Part shown: piece by piece, positions 36,801 through 51,210 of the stretch | How the letters are laid out: every line of letters starts with the position of its first letter | Position numbering within the stretch: position 1 is the stretch's first letter | Assembly (NCBI GenBank): GCA_047495785.1 | Contig: JBLDXI010000028.1 | Coordinates: 1,240,001-1,304,000, forward strand | Reading direction: 5' to 3' | DNA length: 64,000 bases | Source of the DNA: Lepidodermella squamata | Lineage: Eukaryota; Animalia; Gastrotricha | Made by a program: the position numbers and the translations under genes | Notes under the pieces: generated by a model | The model's database searches: none | Told to the model about the DNA's origin: nothing | What the model saw: the letters and a program-made list of their open reading frames with translations, nothing else

Positions 36801-37517
36801 GCCGTCACTGACGGTGATGCAGACAATGTATGCAGATGTCATTTTGGAAGAACCGATCACAATCGAAGGTGTATCGACAACGACACACCTCGTTTTTTGA
36901 CAGAAGCCCGTTGCGTATTGCAGCAAAGCCAGCCATACCGTTTGTTTAATAAATAACTTTCCTACATGCAAAAAAAACATAACAAAAGACTAGAGGGAAG
37001 GCTTTCCAAAAACTCTGCGCCCGCCTAAACTAAAAGAGGAAACATTAATAAGCAAGAATTGATAAAGACTTGAAAAGCGAGACCGCTCGCTATACGTACA
37101 CAACATACACCATACACCTTCTTTGTACCAGTTTAAAGTGCAATAAAAACCCAGATTTGCAGTTGAACACGTGAAAGATTTTTATTTTCTCAACTTTTAG
37201 CATCAGCAGCAGCAGTATCACTAATTATCATTTGATGACCTGAGACAAGCGATAAATCACCCTCAATTACACCTACAACACTTCATCCATCGGTAGCTAA
37301 TTATTGAGAAAAGATAAGTAGTCGTAGTAGAAATAACGTTTCAAATGCCACGCATTTCCGTGAAAGTTTACGAATATATATAATTAATTTTAGCCACCTT
37401 CAGATTTCACACGGGTTTCAATGTTTTCATCATCGCAGTTTTTACTATAGCAATATAGATAAGTTGATTTGCCGAACAGTTCGCGTGCTATTTTTTTGTC
37501 ATCATCATCACCGAAAA

Positions 37518-40500
37518 TTAGCCGAGTTCCATGCCAACCACGCCAGAGTGGTGAGCGGGCAGGCCGATCGAATGCACCTCGTTGTGCTGGCCTTCGTAGA
37601 GCACGGCGAGTTCAGGGCTCTGCTTGATCTGAGCCAGCAGGCCCTGGCAAGTCGAGTTTTTCTCGGCATCGGGCAAACTCATTATCGCGCCGAACGCACG
37701 CAGGGCGAATCTTTTCAGCTCAGTCGCGCGCTCCGCCTCCTGCTTCACGGCATTCTCCTTCACGCGCGTCATGCAAGTTTCCTGAATGGGGGAAAAATAA
37801 CCGAAAAATTTATTACAACTCATCAATAATTTATGATCTAAGACCGAGGTGACGCTTTCAGGACAAGCGGGTTAAAATGATATATTTTCCATAAAAAGTC
37901 GCTTTCGGATGAATGAAAAATCGATGAGCCGTAAGAAACGATCAGATGTCCCCACAAAAAGTGCTAATTCAGGGGGAATTCAGGATTAAATTTCAGAAGG
38001 TTTATTAAAATTAATCGAAGAAAGCAGATCACTGTGACCGACAACGCTAAAACCGACCCTTCCCTATCAAGAAAATCTTGCAGCTTCGAAGAGGAATTTA
38101 TTTCGTGCTTGCTTGCAGATTTAGAACGTGAATCGATCCTCTTAAGAAAACTTTTGTCCCCAATAATTTTATTTCAGTGGTATTATTTTTGCGAGAAAAA
38201 AATCCGCAGGAATCTATTCGAAATTAGATAAAATACCGAAACCATCGGGGTTTTCCGGGTCTCCCGGGAAATGTAAATGTTGCTAAATAGCAGATGGAAG
38301 ATTTGTGAATGTCTACAATAACATACTACAATACAATTGAAAATCAAAAGATAAATGAGAAAATTATATAGAGAGATCATCAAGTAACTAGTATCGCAAC
38401 CATAGGAAAGGATCAGAGGGGCAAACATAATAGGCCCATCTTATAGCCAGAGGGTATTTAAAATGTTATGAAAACGCTAATTAACAGCGATGTTCCCAAT
38501 CCGAATGAAAAACCGCCGAAATTCGGAAAACCAGGTGAAATACCGAGAATAACCAAACTAATCAAAATTAAAAAAATTTCAATTAATTCGCGTAGAAAAT
38601 TTAGAAAATGGCGTCAGCAAAAATTGTTGAATAAAAATTAAAAAATTGTTGCACAACTTTAAGAATACTATTTTTCTGAAGATTTTACCTGTAGCGGTTC
38701 GACAAGGATGTCCAGCTTTTGAATGACAACAGTCGGGCACAGGCGAGTCAGCGCAATGACAGTCATATACGACAAAAGCTTGATATCGTAGTGATCCGTC
38801 AGGCCGCGCGCAACATGGTTAACAAACTCGAACAGGTCCAGCAGATCGAGGCAGCGCCGCAAAACCGTGCCCAGACACTCGAACGCGGCTTTCCTCAACT
38901 CGAGCCCCTTATCCTCGGTATGCTTGAACGGGCCCATTTCAACCTCACGAATCAGCTCTTTGCGAATATTCGTCTCTTCATAGACAAGCGGCATCAGGGC
39001 GGGAACGTGCGGCCGGACAAGGGCGAGGCGATTATGAACCAAGGCATTGAAGGTCAGCAGAGCCGTGTGGCGGATTCGAATATCAGGGTTGTTCATATTC
39101 ATAAGAGCAGGCAGAAGGACAGTGCCTAGGGCGTCGTCCAACACACGGAACGGGTTGATCGCCGCGAATTTGATGCTAGAAATTGCTGTCGTGCGGCATT
39201 GAGTCGACGGTGAGTTGAGGAGCGACTCGAAAACTGGGATGACTTGATCCGGGGCGAGGGGGGCGAGTTGGCCGAGGCACTCCGATACCACGCCTCTCGT
39301 ACCCTCCTCCTCAGACGCCGCATTCGTCGACAGAACCTGCAAAATCTCGGCCATATGCGACCTTAAAGCTGTCGCTAGTTCCGAGGTCGGCGAGCTGACC
39401 AGCTCCTTAACAGCATGTAACACCACGTATTGCCGCCGGGTGGTGTGGGTTAACTGGTTGAGGATAACCGGTAGATAGGTTGGCAGTTGACCGACCGCTA
39501 GGCTGCCCAGGGCAAAAGCCGCCGCCATTTTAACATCCTCAGTCGGCGCGTCGAAACACGCGACAATTGCTTCGGTTGCTTTTTGGAAGTGGGAAATTTC
39601 GGTCGCTCGACCCAACTCGCCGACGACAAGCAGGGAGAAGTAGACCTGGTCGACGGCTGATGGCGCGGAGACGGGGGGCGAGGAGATGGTTTGTACGATG
39701 GATTCAATCAGCTGTTTCGACTCGGCTGCGTTCGGATTTGCGAGTAGGACCGATGCGCAGCAGCGTGCCATTGATCGGTATGCGAATTTGTTAGCATTCG
39801 CCATTTCGTTGGTGATTAGCCGGAACAACGAGCCGGTTGATAGGGCTGGGCTTTGAACGCCGACCAGGGCTCGGAATAGGTCGGCCGTAGCGGCGAGTAG
39901 CGGGCCTTGTAGCATGGTTGATCGGACTAAAAGGCGCAGTTGCTGTAGGAGTTGTTCCGTCAGGGTGACTACAGCTGGTTTGCAAACAGTGGCCGAGGTG
40001 TACCATAGATGGACAGCTAGTTGAGCAACCTAACAATTTCCAAAAAATAAACATGATGAATTCCACATTTTGAAAGTTAATAAAATATGAATTTTCAGCA
40101 TAAACTCCGGTTGAAAAATTCAAATTTGACATCTAAGGGCGTAAAGTTAGGTCACAGGCTATCAGCAACTGCTCGAAGAAGTTTGCCTGGGTTGAAATAT
40201 CTCAAGTTCTCTCGACGTCCGTGCCTCGAGCATAAACTTCTAGGGCCTCAAATGAAAGATTATCTTTGTCTCCAAATTAGAAAAATCGGCTGGTATGGAT
40301 CTCGCCGTTGAGTAAAGCTCCTTTGTCGACATTTGCGATGAGCTGGGTCACAACCACGGCCAATTGATCAATAACAAGCTACTATTCCTCTCCAAGTAAC
40401 CGACCTCGCATTAATGGATAAAGAACTCATTCCCTTCGCATTAACGGCGATCGTTACAAAGAAACGTCGCGAAATTCAACTAACAGATGGCTAAAACCGT

Positions 40501-43500
40501 GTCCGTGCAACTTGCTGGCCGTTTAATAACTATCAATGAACAGCTCTCACTCAGCGCTGTCACCTGGCGCATGTGGTACTCGAATTTTACTTTCGGTCAG
40601 ACTTCCAGACTAAGAAAGTTGATATATTAATGAAAGCTTTTGATATATATGTATTACCTATAGTTCTTAATTGCAGCACAGTATGGTCTCCTAGGTTTAT
40701 CGGTGACCAAAAATGATTAGAAAGTGTTCAAAAAATTTCACTTGGCGAGTTATGAAAACACACGACTAGGAATTAAGGCTTCGTTCTCTTAATCGTTTGA
40801 GTATTATCCAACACCACCATGTAAGGGACCTGTGCGTTACAAATGATATTATAAAAGGAAATGTTAATCTTCATACTACATGCTTTTCGATATTAAAAAA
40901 TCAAATTATGACACGCGTAGCCACAGGTATTATCTCTTAATGCGAAAATCTCATCTCGATGTATTGTGTAACTTTTCAGCTACAGAGTAGTTAATAACTG
41001 GAACAAATTGCCTGTAAATATTATTGATATCAATGACAGACTAGTCTTTAAAAATAATATTAAAAATTCTAGCTCAATGCTATGATGCGGATGGACAGGG
41101 CGCACAAGTGTCCCTGGCTCCAGATTTACCAATATATATGTGATATATGAAACTACTTAGTATCTATATGACAGATACCTAAAAACCAGTAACGTGTTGG
41201 AAGCAAAAATAAAACTAACTCACAACTAACTAACTATAGAATTCGTTATTTAGACCGGAAAATGTATGCGCATGCAAAGCTTGGCCAAGCTCTGGCGTTT
41301 CGAGGTCACCGAGAAAAAAAAACAAAAAGTCGATCAACCGCGGTGATTTTCTCGAGTAGTTGGACTTTATGAGCGAACCTTGGCCTACCCTTTAGCATTC
41401 GTCAAGTTCCCTTTACGTCGGCGAATTTCGGTTTGAAGAACTGATTGAAACTCTCGATCTAATCAGTGAACAGACGCAAATTCACCTCGCGAGGATGGTT
41501 TCGGCTTCCTCTGGCAGGATTTGATGAGCTTCGCAAGCGGTTACGACTGGTCACTCGTTCGGGCAACAACTACGGTGGAGAGTGCCGACGTTCACAATTC
41601 GAAGGCAAGGAAACCCGACGAGTCCCGTTCGAGCAACGCGACGAACGCATCGAACGTCTCGAAGTATGGACGCTGCAGCTTCCAGCGTAAAAATATGCAC
41701 CGGTTGTGAATTCGCTCGATCGCAAGCTGGATTACGTCAATAAAACTGCAGTTGCTAAAATCCGTGTTTTTCCCCGAACCAGGTCATGGCAGCGCGGCTA
41801 CCTCTATAATATTGCTCAAGTATTTGGTCTGTATTTTGAAACTCGGAGATTTCCAAAAAGAACTCGACGAAATCTAAATAACTGTGAGCTTAATATCTTT
41901 ACTTTTGATTATTTTGATTATTTTTTGAAATTCGCCAATTTTAATCATGAGATTTCCAATATTTTTGTAAATGAACGAAATTAGTTTTCGCTAAAATGTA
42001 GCAATATTAATGGCATACCTGAAGATCGGCGTCAACCAACAGCGGCACCAATTCAGTCAGCATCGTCGTAACACTGGCTTGCGAAATCGCCGGCATGTAG
42101 TGCGTCAGCAGCAAATCGATTAAATGAATCGCCGCCAGTTTCAACGACCGCAAATTCTTGCGCAGAAACGACGCCAACACCTGCATACCCGCATCGTCCG
42201 TAATCGGAGCGAGCGGCGGTCGCAGCGGGCTGACCGCAATGACGGAAAGCGCGCGAACCGCCGACAACCGCGTGACTTCATTCTTCAAACGGTCGAGGAA
42301 CAGCGGCATAACTACGGTGACTTTGTTCGCGAGAACATCAGCCGCGCCGGCCATTAAATAGCCCATGCAAGAAATGGCGCGTTCCTTCACCTCTTGGTCG
42401 ATATCAGTGGCTAACAGGCGTTGGATGACTACGCCGTAAATGTGTTCAATCAGTGCGACGTCAGCTTTTTCAGCCGAATTCGGGTCTCGAATGACGCGGA
42501 CGAGTTCTTGAATGCAAAGTAGGGCCTCGGATACGATTTTATAGAACTGGTCATTCGCAGCTGGGACAAGGCCGGAGACGAGGACTTGAGCGTAGGGTCG
42601 GCAAATTGTGGCATCGTGCGTTGAGAGGAGGTGGTAGATGAAGGACAGAACTTCAATTCTCAGCCCGGACGGTGAGGCTTTGTCGTTCAGGGCGTTTACG
42701 ACTGCTGGGATGAGTTTGGTCAGATGTTGGGCGAGGCAGCCGCGGCGAGTTTGGGCGAGTTCTGTTAGCAGGGCCAGGGCTGATTGGCGGGTTTTAACGC
42801 GGTGATCTTGCAGGTGGCGGAGTAAACCGGTGACCAAAGACTGTACGACGGTCATCAGATGGTTGTCGATTATTGAACCGGATTGCTGGTTGACAAATGG
42901 GCGAGACTGGCGAATCAAGGTTCCGCATACCTAAAAAAATTAGGTATCACACTTAGATATAGTTCAGTCACAAAATCGGGCAATTTCGATCGAATAATTT
43001 GCATGAATTAAATGAGTTCACCATGCGCTCCTCTCAGGCCTAATTTGACTAAATTTTCAATTTCAGTGAGGCATCATAGTTAGAAAAATTCTAGAATAAA
43101 AATTAAAATCGAAAAACCCCAATTTTTTGAAAACTATAGTGCGTAAGCTCTAATTTAGTGCTGGAACCCAAAATTCCATGCGTCCACTTTGGCATGCCCA
43201 TTTTTTATGTGAACTTACATTGACGATGTCAACGCGGACGCCTTCTTCGCGCTCGCGGAATCGCGCGATGAGAACAGGCGCGACTCGTTCATAGAAGTAG
43301 GCCAGCATCGACGGCTGAGTGCTGATGGCGGCTTCGAGGCACTTGGCAGCGGCACGGCGAACCTTCCACGACATATCATCGTCATCATCCGCCTCGCTGT
43401 AAGCGCCATTTTCACTAAAAATCAAATGAATTAATTAATTTCTTAATTAAATCTTCAATCGTTTTGTCCGAGATGCAATCTTCGTATTTAAAATAATAAG

Positions 43501-44719
43501 ATAGCCTCCTTACTCATCATCTCCATCGCCATTCTCGTAATCCATACCCCCATTATCGTCATCATAGGCATAGTTTGGATCATAGGCGATATTAGCCAAG
43601 CATTGCTCAACAATCTATGGAATAGAAAAATCAACCAAAATAGCAAAAAAAATCATCAATTCCACATACGAGCTCAACTCGACTCGAGATTTCCTTAGGA
43701 CAAGCTCGTAATAGGGCTTCATAGGCCTGAAGGCAGTCGTCCTTCAAATCCTCGTCATTGTTTTCGCGACGGTCGTACAACGTAATGAAAACTCGATCGC
43801 AAAATTCGCCGAAGCGATTGCCACTTCGCCTGCAAATCATCGTCAGCAGCAAAATTCCAGTCTTAACGTCACTCAATTTCGCCGAAGAACCGGTCAAATC
43901 AGCCAGAACTGTTGACACCAATTTAATCAAAATCGGCTGTTGGCAGACTGCGACGAGTTGGCCGAAAGCTTGAATTGCACGCTTGCGAACAGCGGAACGA
44001 GTCGAGCGAAGGTGCGGCAACAGGGCGACGACAATGTGAGGGTGTTCTGGGACGAGCACGTCGCCATAGCGACCGAGAAGTTCGCTCAAAATGTCGAGAA
44101 CTTCTAGGTTCAATTGATCGGCCTCTTTTTGGCAAGTGGCGGTTATCAACTGCTGAGCGAGTTTTTTGCTGAAAAAACGCGAAAGATGCGAATCACTGGG
44201 CGGGAGTTCGTTTATCACAGTTTTCAACGCTAGTTTTATAAAGAAAAATTACAGAAAAAATCGGAAAAGTTAAAGAATCACTTACCGACTCCAGAAATGT
44301 CTTGCAATTGATCGGAATTATTTACCAAATTTTTACACAGGGTGTCAATAACTTGTTCGACTAAATCGTCTTTTGAACGTTGGACAAGTTGAGCCAAACT
44401 AAAATTCCGATTTATTTTAAATTTTTGAAAATTTACTCTTGAAATTACCATTTAACAGCCAGATTTTGAACTTCGCCATTTTTATCGCCCAACAGTTTGA
44501 GCATCATTCGCATGAGTTTTTTCTCGCTGTCTTCATCCAGCTTAATAGCTTCTTTGTTAAATTCATTCAGAAGATCATTGACCGCCATAAAACGGAAGTC
44601 TTTATCTGGCGAAGTCATCTGTGAGATTTAATTAAATTTCGATAAAATAAATCTTAGTCAAATTTTTGGTAATTCACCTTCTCCAGCAATTGCGAGATAT
44701 GATACTGGGGTAGCGTCAT
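37518..44719 (-). CDS. CAND1: Cullin-associated NEDD8-dissociated protein 1; 9 exons from ATG 44719 to last exon 37781-37518
   Basis: [119 protein letters not shown]. Confidence 0.97.
40261..40594 (+). repeat. Dispersed repeat with decayed OB-fold coding trace, copy 2 (CAND1 intron)
   Basis: Homologous to 27495-27850; [17 protein letters not shown]. Confidence 0.7.
40600..41135 (+). mobile_element. CR1/L2-type LINE 3' fragment in CAND1 intron
   Basis: [22 protein letters not shown] and [17 protein letters not shown] are typical of the CR1-group ORF2 C-terminus; stops and frameshifts. Confidence 0.8.
41400..41850 (+). pseudogene. Decayed coding fragment ending in an R3H-like motif (CAND1 intron, antisense)
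   Basis: [42 protein letters not shown] resembles the R3H consensus; GC-richer than the flanking intron. Confidence 0.35.
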
Positions 44720-45152
44720 TTTTCAACAGTAAAATAACTAAATAACCCCTAGATCTTAGAAGTAAGGGGTTAAATTACTGACCACTACTTTAAAAAAGAT
44801 GAATAAAAAAGATTGAATAATCCTTATTTGCGCCATCGATTTCTTCACATTCAGCCAAGTGGGCAGCTAGCTTGTCACAGCGGAAATTCGGCTATGTTCT
44901 ATACACATCCGGCATCAACACCAACGCTCGCCAATTTCATGCAAATCGCCACATTGTTTACTCGTAAAATTGGGGATTGCATAAAATTAGTGACCTAAAA
45001 TAAGAGAAACGAAATAAATTAGTGGAAAACTCGATGCAAAATAAAAGAAAAATATCAATTTTTTTATTTTCGTCGCACAATCTTCATTGAATCACAATAA
45101 TTAAACTCGATCTAAAATAATCTAATCGTGCAAACCGGTTTAGTTTCACAAT

Positions 45153-45883
45153 TTAGGCGATGACACACAGATATCCGACAAGAGTGCAAAAGCCAAGAAT
45201 GTTGGAAATCGAGCTGAGACCGTGTTGTTTGCGAAATTTGGCATAAATCGCCTGATATTCCTGATTATTTTCAAGCGCTTTCAAATTCACAGCTGAGCCT
45301 ATTTCATTCGGCGTATTCAGCCCAGCTTCTTTCTCCAGAGCAAATCGCTTGTCTTGAAGTGTCTGAATAGCAGGTCCGAAGATGAAAGCATTCAATATGT
45401 AGGCAAGGATTGAAATCGAAGGAAGAACGGTTTCCCAGCACCAGTTTTTGTCGTCAGTTCGAAGGTAATATCGAGTAATCAAAACAGTCATATTAGCCAC
45501 CAATTCAAGCAGGAAATATTTCGGGAATAAATATCGCTGCACTTCGCTGAAATAAATTCTCGGCAATGTTCGGAACATTGTAAGCCCTAAAAATATATTG
45601 AAATATCATTTCAAGGATTTTTGTTGAATTTTACCTGCGACGAAGGTGACCCAAAACGCTACTCCAACACCAAGGGATAAAGCCAGCTGATGAGCGATGC
45701 GGAAAATAGTGCCTCGAAGTCCATCGGGCGAGTATCGAACGGCGTATAAGACACCGGAAATCGTCAAAACTAAAGCAACAGCATGAGTTGGTTGAGCAAA
45801 ACTAATACAATAAATTCGTACACAATTTCAGTAAAAATTCGAAAATTTTACCCCAATTTCTTAGGACGGCCAGAAGAGTCCAT
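45153..45883 (-). CDS. TMEM205: Transmembrane protein 205 (DUF4149); exons 45883-45852, 45801-45635, 45586-45153
   Basis: FWVTFVAGLTMFRTLPR..FSEVQRYLFPKYF, LEKEAGL...EIG, KFRKQHGLSSISN. Confidence 0.93.
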
Positions 45884-46590
45884 TTGATTAGAAAATAAAT
45901 TAAACTTCTAATTAATTGGAAAAAAACATGATACTTTCTCAAGACAAACTCAACACAGTATTTTATTACTTGACGCTAGCAACAACCATGAGTGATATAA
46001 AATTATTGCTGCATGTTAACATTTCATATATTATGGCGTTTTTTCTAAAGGTTAAAAATTATATTTCATTCTGTGCTGCCCGAAGCAAGCGAAATAAAAA
46101 TTATTTCATATATCAGCAGCCTCGAAATTAAATAATATTGATGCGGTGTAAAAAAGCCGGCGCAGTGTGTAAATTTCAACAAAAGAAACGATCGGAAAAA
46201 AGGCGACTAAAAGCTACTTCGACAATCAATCAGCAGGTGACACAATTATTAATTTTCTCCAAAAAGAATAAAAACAACCGCACAATTATTGCGTAAAAAT
46301 TCGATGGAAATATTTAGCATTTTTTTTAATTAAATTTCTTGTAAACATGTACGATATAAAGCAGCGGGAAGAGTCACAACGCGCGCGCGGAAAACGAAAA
46401 AAAATAAAACAGCAGCGGGGCAGCGACTATATAAGGCATATTCGTGTAAAAGGGAACAATAGAACTCTTTGGGTTGAAGAAGAACACGGGTAAAAGCGTC
46501 GAAATACTCAATACTGACGATATATATAAATTCTGGAAGATGAAACTCGTAGAGGCACAATTGTTAGCTTTCACAATAAAACTTCAAATA

Positions 46591-49500
46591 TTACGATGCT
46601 GGAAGAACTGAATTCCAATTTTCAATAAGAAATACTAGCGCACTTTCAGCCATATTTTGCACGCGAGTAACTTGTTCTAACGCTTCGATATTTCGAGTTA
46701 GCGGGTGTAAAAGCGACGGCCAGAAAACTCGCGCCAAATTTTGCGCATTCATCGTATCAGGTTGAGTCTTCGCTATTTCAGCTAAATGCGCAAAAAGCCG
46801 CCTTAATGTGTTACGATGCGGCGATTGCGGAAATTGTTTTAGAAATGAGTTAACGTGATCGAATTTGTTTTCCTGTGACAACGTAGGCGCGGCATTCTCG
46901 GCCGCGAAAGGCTTGACTAGCTCGTTACATTGAGAATCTGTGAAAATTACAGCCCGGCAAACAATTGCTTTCAAAGTCGTCGCCAAAGTTTGAACATCGT
47001 AAGTTTCAGTCAGCTCGGCTTCGCTGGGAATTTTCGATCTGAGCTGCTGAATTAGTTGCTGAGAAGTGATGGTACTACCTGATAATACAATAGGAAAAAA
47101 AATTTAACAAAATATATTTCGAAAAAAATGAGTTTCTCACCTGGAATCCGATAAATCCCAAGAGTTGATGCGCCATCAAGCGCTTCGATTGCTTTAATCA
47201 ACTGAACAATCGGCAACGACCCTCCAGACAATGGTTCAATAGGATGATCAGAAATCAGCCAGTTTTCAGCTTGAGGTTGATAGGTATTTTGCAGCGGCGA
47301 TTTCTTCCCATTTTTCCCGTGTTTTCCCTTCTCAGCAGACTGAATCTGAGAAGGGGGTGGGCCATCAGGTAACACCAAGCCGAGATGATTCAGCGAAGAG
47401 CTCGGTTTTATGATCGACAGCCGATTCGATCGACCAAGAGAATTGATTGATATATCTTTCGTCGGACTTCTCGGCGATGAAGCGTCGGATTTTCGTTTTC
47501 TCTCATACAATTCGATCAACTTTTCAGTTTCTTCTCGTTGTTCGAGGGCTGTTCGAATGAACTGCGAATACGACGAAGGTTGGTTGGCAAAATCCGCGTC
47601 AACTTTCGTGAACTGGGCGCTTAATCGTTCTGACAGATTCGTAGCTGTGTTCAAAATTTTCTGATCGGGGGACGAATGGGTATGTTCATCGTGAATTGCA
47701 AGTATAAAAACCGGGATGCCATTTCGGCGTTCAGCCTCTGCGGCCATAGTTGCGTAACTGTGCGGCGAAGACGGGTCGAAAGCAAGAATAACACCATGCG
47801 CTCGTTCGACGGTGTGAAAAACGTTCGGATTGGCACGGGCGTGGTAGGGTAGTAACAAAAATTGCACTGTAATTTTACGTTCGTTCAACAGCAAATGCTG
47901 ACGAACAACTGAGACGCAACTCGGTAGTTGATTATCAGCGTCTAAATGGAAGCACGAACCACGAACTAAAGGGCCTGTTATCAAATCAGTCGAATAAACA
48001 TCGGAACAACGGCAATATAACGCGATTTTCAAATCAGGTGACTTGGTGGAGCAAGCGGATTGGATCACCTGCGTCGCTGAAATTGCAACCCTTGCAATCG
48101 CCTGTGAAATCGCTACGAAAGAAAACCGGCAATCAACAAGCTCACAGCTCGTTAATTCCGATAATTTTTTCGCTTTTAAATAGAAATCCCCCTCTTCACT
48201 AACAGGCAGCAAAACAAGAAGCCTCGCGACATTAACTGGAGACGTTAGTATGGATTCTTCGGTCGATTTGAACGAGGCTTCACTCGAAACGAGAAATACT
48301 AAAATATCAGCTTTTTGAACAGATCTAGTACTGTTGGCTAAACTCTCGCCGTGGCGCACGAAATCTAATCGAAATTGCACGGGTGATGAAGAACCGCGTT
48401 GTTCGATTTTAACCACCCCATCTGGCCAGGTTGTCCGCGCCGTATTTTCGATAGTAACCGAATCACGTTTCGACCCGACGAGGATTACGCTAAAACGGCG
48501 AGGGGCGATGCTAGGGCGGGAGTTGAGTGACAGTCTCAGGCGATTAGCCGCGCAGTTTTGAGGTAGACCGCCCGGGCATGATCGGCAATCAGCTGGACGG
48601 GCCGAGGCGAGCCAATCGCGCAAAACCTGAGTTCGTAATTGAGGCAAACGGTCACAACGCCGGTACCTTGTTCGATTTGAAAGAATTCGTTCGGTTTTGT
48701 CCAGGGCCACTTCCGGGAATGTAGTCAAGTCGAACACAACCTCAGCACAACTTTGTTCGATCAGATTTCTCAGGTCCAAAATTGCATTGTCTGCTAAATT
48801 TCGCTGTAAATCGTCGAAAATACATTTTTGCTCCAATTCGGGCAATTCGTCGTATTTTTGCCCGTATTTAGACCGAACAAATGCTAAACTCTCCTCAAGC
48901 CTCATCCCAGGTCTAAAAAAAGAATCTAAGTACAAGCAGGTTGAAAAATAGTTGTTTCTTACGCATAATCCAAATCGTTTTCCAGCATCTTTTTCAGATC
49001 TTTCCGTAAGGATTCAGTGATTCTTCGCTTTTTCAACGCCCGGAATGTATTTTTAAACAGATCGAAAGCTTGCGGTGAATCGAAAACATCGATTGGAATG
49101 CGTTTATCGCTCTTAACCAGTTCTAACAACGATTGTCCATTAGCAGTTGGGAATGAAATGAAGGCAGCAAATAGCGGCTCCTGTTGAAAGTAGGCATCAA
49201 ACTTCGGGTGTGATCTCAGCTTTGGCAGGCACAATTTATAAATCTCGTGAATTTCAGCATCGCTCATCACCGTATCAGCCTCCAGCCATTCATTGAGTAA
49301 TTTAGAGTCGATCAGCAGGCTCGTGAAAACATTTGGCAAATCGCATAACCATTGCCTAACGAGGACGTTAGCAGCTTGAACGCATAAATTGTTGACATGA
49401 ATTTCGAAAGTGGATCGCGCCACTCGAGACCCAAATCTCTCAATAAAGGATTGATAGACATTGTTTTTCAGCAAATTCGGCTCGCTATTCGACCAATTCG

Positions 49501-50332
49501 AACTCCAATGAGGTACAGTTTGTTGCAAGAGGCCTTGAAATCTTTCAGCTAATATTTGATCATTGGTAACTTGCTTGATATGAGAATCAGCAAATTTAAC
49601 TATTCGCTGCTTATTAGTGCTCGACGATTTAAGAATATAACCAACTAATAATGACATAAGGTTCTGGATGTTGACGTTGAGTTTTGAAGACGTTTCAACT
49701 ACAGCAACGTTCCGCAAATGTCGATTGTTGTTTATCAACTCATACAGATGGGAAACTGATTCATTCTCAGCAATATCCATCTTCGTCGCAACAATGACAA
49801 CAGGTTTGGATAGCTTGAGAATTTCTTGAGTAAGCTTCACCAACATGCGATCTTGGTTATCTTGCTGGGACTTATGGCTGATTGAAACATCGTAGCACAC
49901 TATGAAACCATCAATGTTCAGCTCCGGGGGCATCTGCACTTGCGGATATTCATTCTCGAAGCCAAGTTGGAACTTAGAGAAATACGCCAACTTATCATGA
50001 CTACGCAGCTTCGCAGCGATAGCTCTCTTCACGTATGACTGACCTGAAGCAAAAGGTCTCAAGGTTTCATCGTGAATGAATTCAGTGTGTTCTACGATGT
50101 TGACGTCGTAAGTGGCACCAGCTACTGAGACGGGCGCATATCCCCAGTACAAGAAATGGTCAGAGTTGACAACGCGACTGTTGAAATCAGATGAAGATAA
50201 CAGCCATAGATGATGATCCACGTATTCATCAGCAGATGGGCGGACAATACGATTGCACAAGCAGCTTTTCCCAACTCCTTCCGCGCCACGATCACTCTCG
50301 GGACCGCTGAGACCTAGGACACTTACATTCAT
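46591..50332 (-). CDS. p190 RhoGAP (ARHGAP35/ARHGAP5 family); exons 50332-48963, 48912-47141, 47078-46591
   Basis: N-terminal GTPase NVSVLGLSG...GVGKSCLCNR...DFNSRVVNSDHFLYWG, degenerate FF and pseudoGTPase regions, RhoGAP GIYRIPG...MNAQNLARVFWPSL. A 5' UTR intron is predicted at ~50484-50376. Confidence 0.92.
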
Positions 50333-51210
50333 TAATACTATCGATTCTCATGCGATAGCTCTTCAAGGATGCACCTAGACAACAGAAAATACAGATTACA
50401 GATAAAAAATCAATCAATCAAACATCTGATTCGACTATCGACTATCAACTATCAACCCCGCTTTAACCCCGCGCTACACTTTACCTGCGCTGCCTCGAAG
50501 CGGTTACGAATGTCCCCGACCAAATAACTTTCCCGCGCAAACGCGCGTTTTTGATTTACCCACCCTCCATACAAAAGCCATAAATGTAGCGCGTTTGAGC
50601 CGAAAACAAATACATTTTTAAATAATTATTTAAAAATAAATAACAATAAGTCATATAATTTTGGGTCACGAAATAAATTGCCCATATTTTCCGCGAACTT
50701 TTTGCAAAAACCGCACCCCTTCGCGACCAGCTGGAACTTGGCACTTGGCAGCCCGAGGTGAATTGGGCTGGGTTCCGTGGCTTTCGTGTTTTATCGCTCG
50801 AGCTGATGCTGCCTATCAAGAGATAGGATTTGATATGCCTTTATTCTTGCTGCAAAATTTCGGCGTTTTTCATATTTTTCGATCTTGTGGTTTAGGTATC
50901 CTCTTTGCGGCCACAGACTTGCCGAATGATTTTTAAACCTTTAAATTTACCTCAGAACGTATTGCAGATGCATTTCGATTGCAAATCAGTGGAGGGCATA
51001 GTTGTTTTTGCTTCAGCTACATCAGAGACTGCGGAGCTGAGAGGTTTGATTAAATTAAAAACAAGCTGAAACCGCAGGAAAATCTTCTCTTCCAACAACT
51101 GTACAAACCTGAACCTTTAAACGAGGCTCTTCCGGGATTCAGGAAACTTTTCGGCGATAAACGAAATTGTATTAGCTTTGATATTTGTTCACGTTTGTCT
51201 AGCAAATATA

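Noticed and set aside
50333-50490. Acceptor upstream of the p190RhoGAP ATG as a trans-splice site
   Set aside because: A good donor (GCGCAG|GTAAAG, ~50484) explains it as a 5' UTR intron. Plausible donors also exist for EME1, ATG4 and CAND1, so these were not counted as operon evidence.
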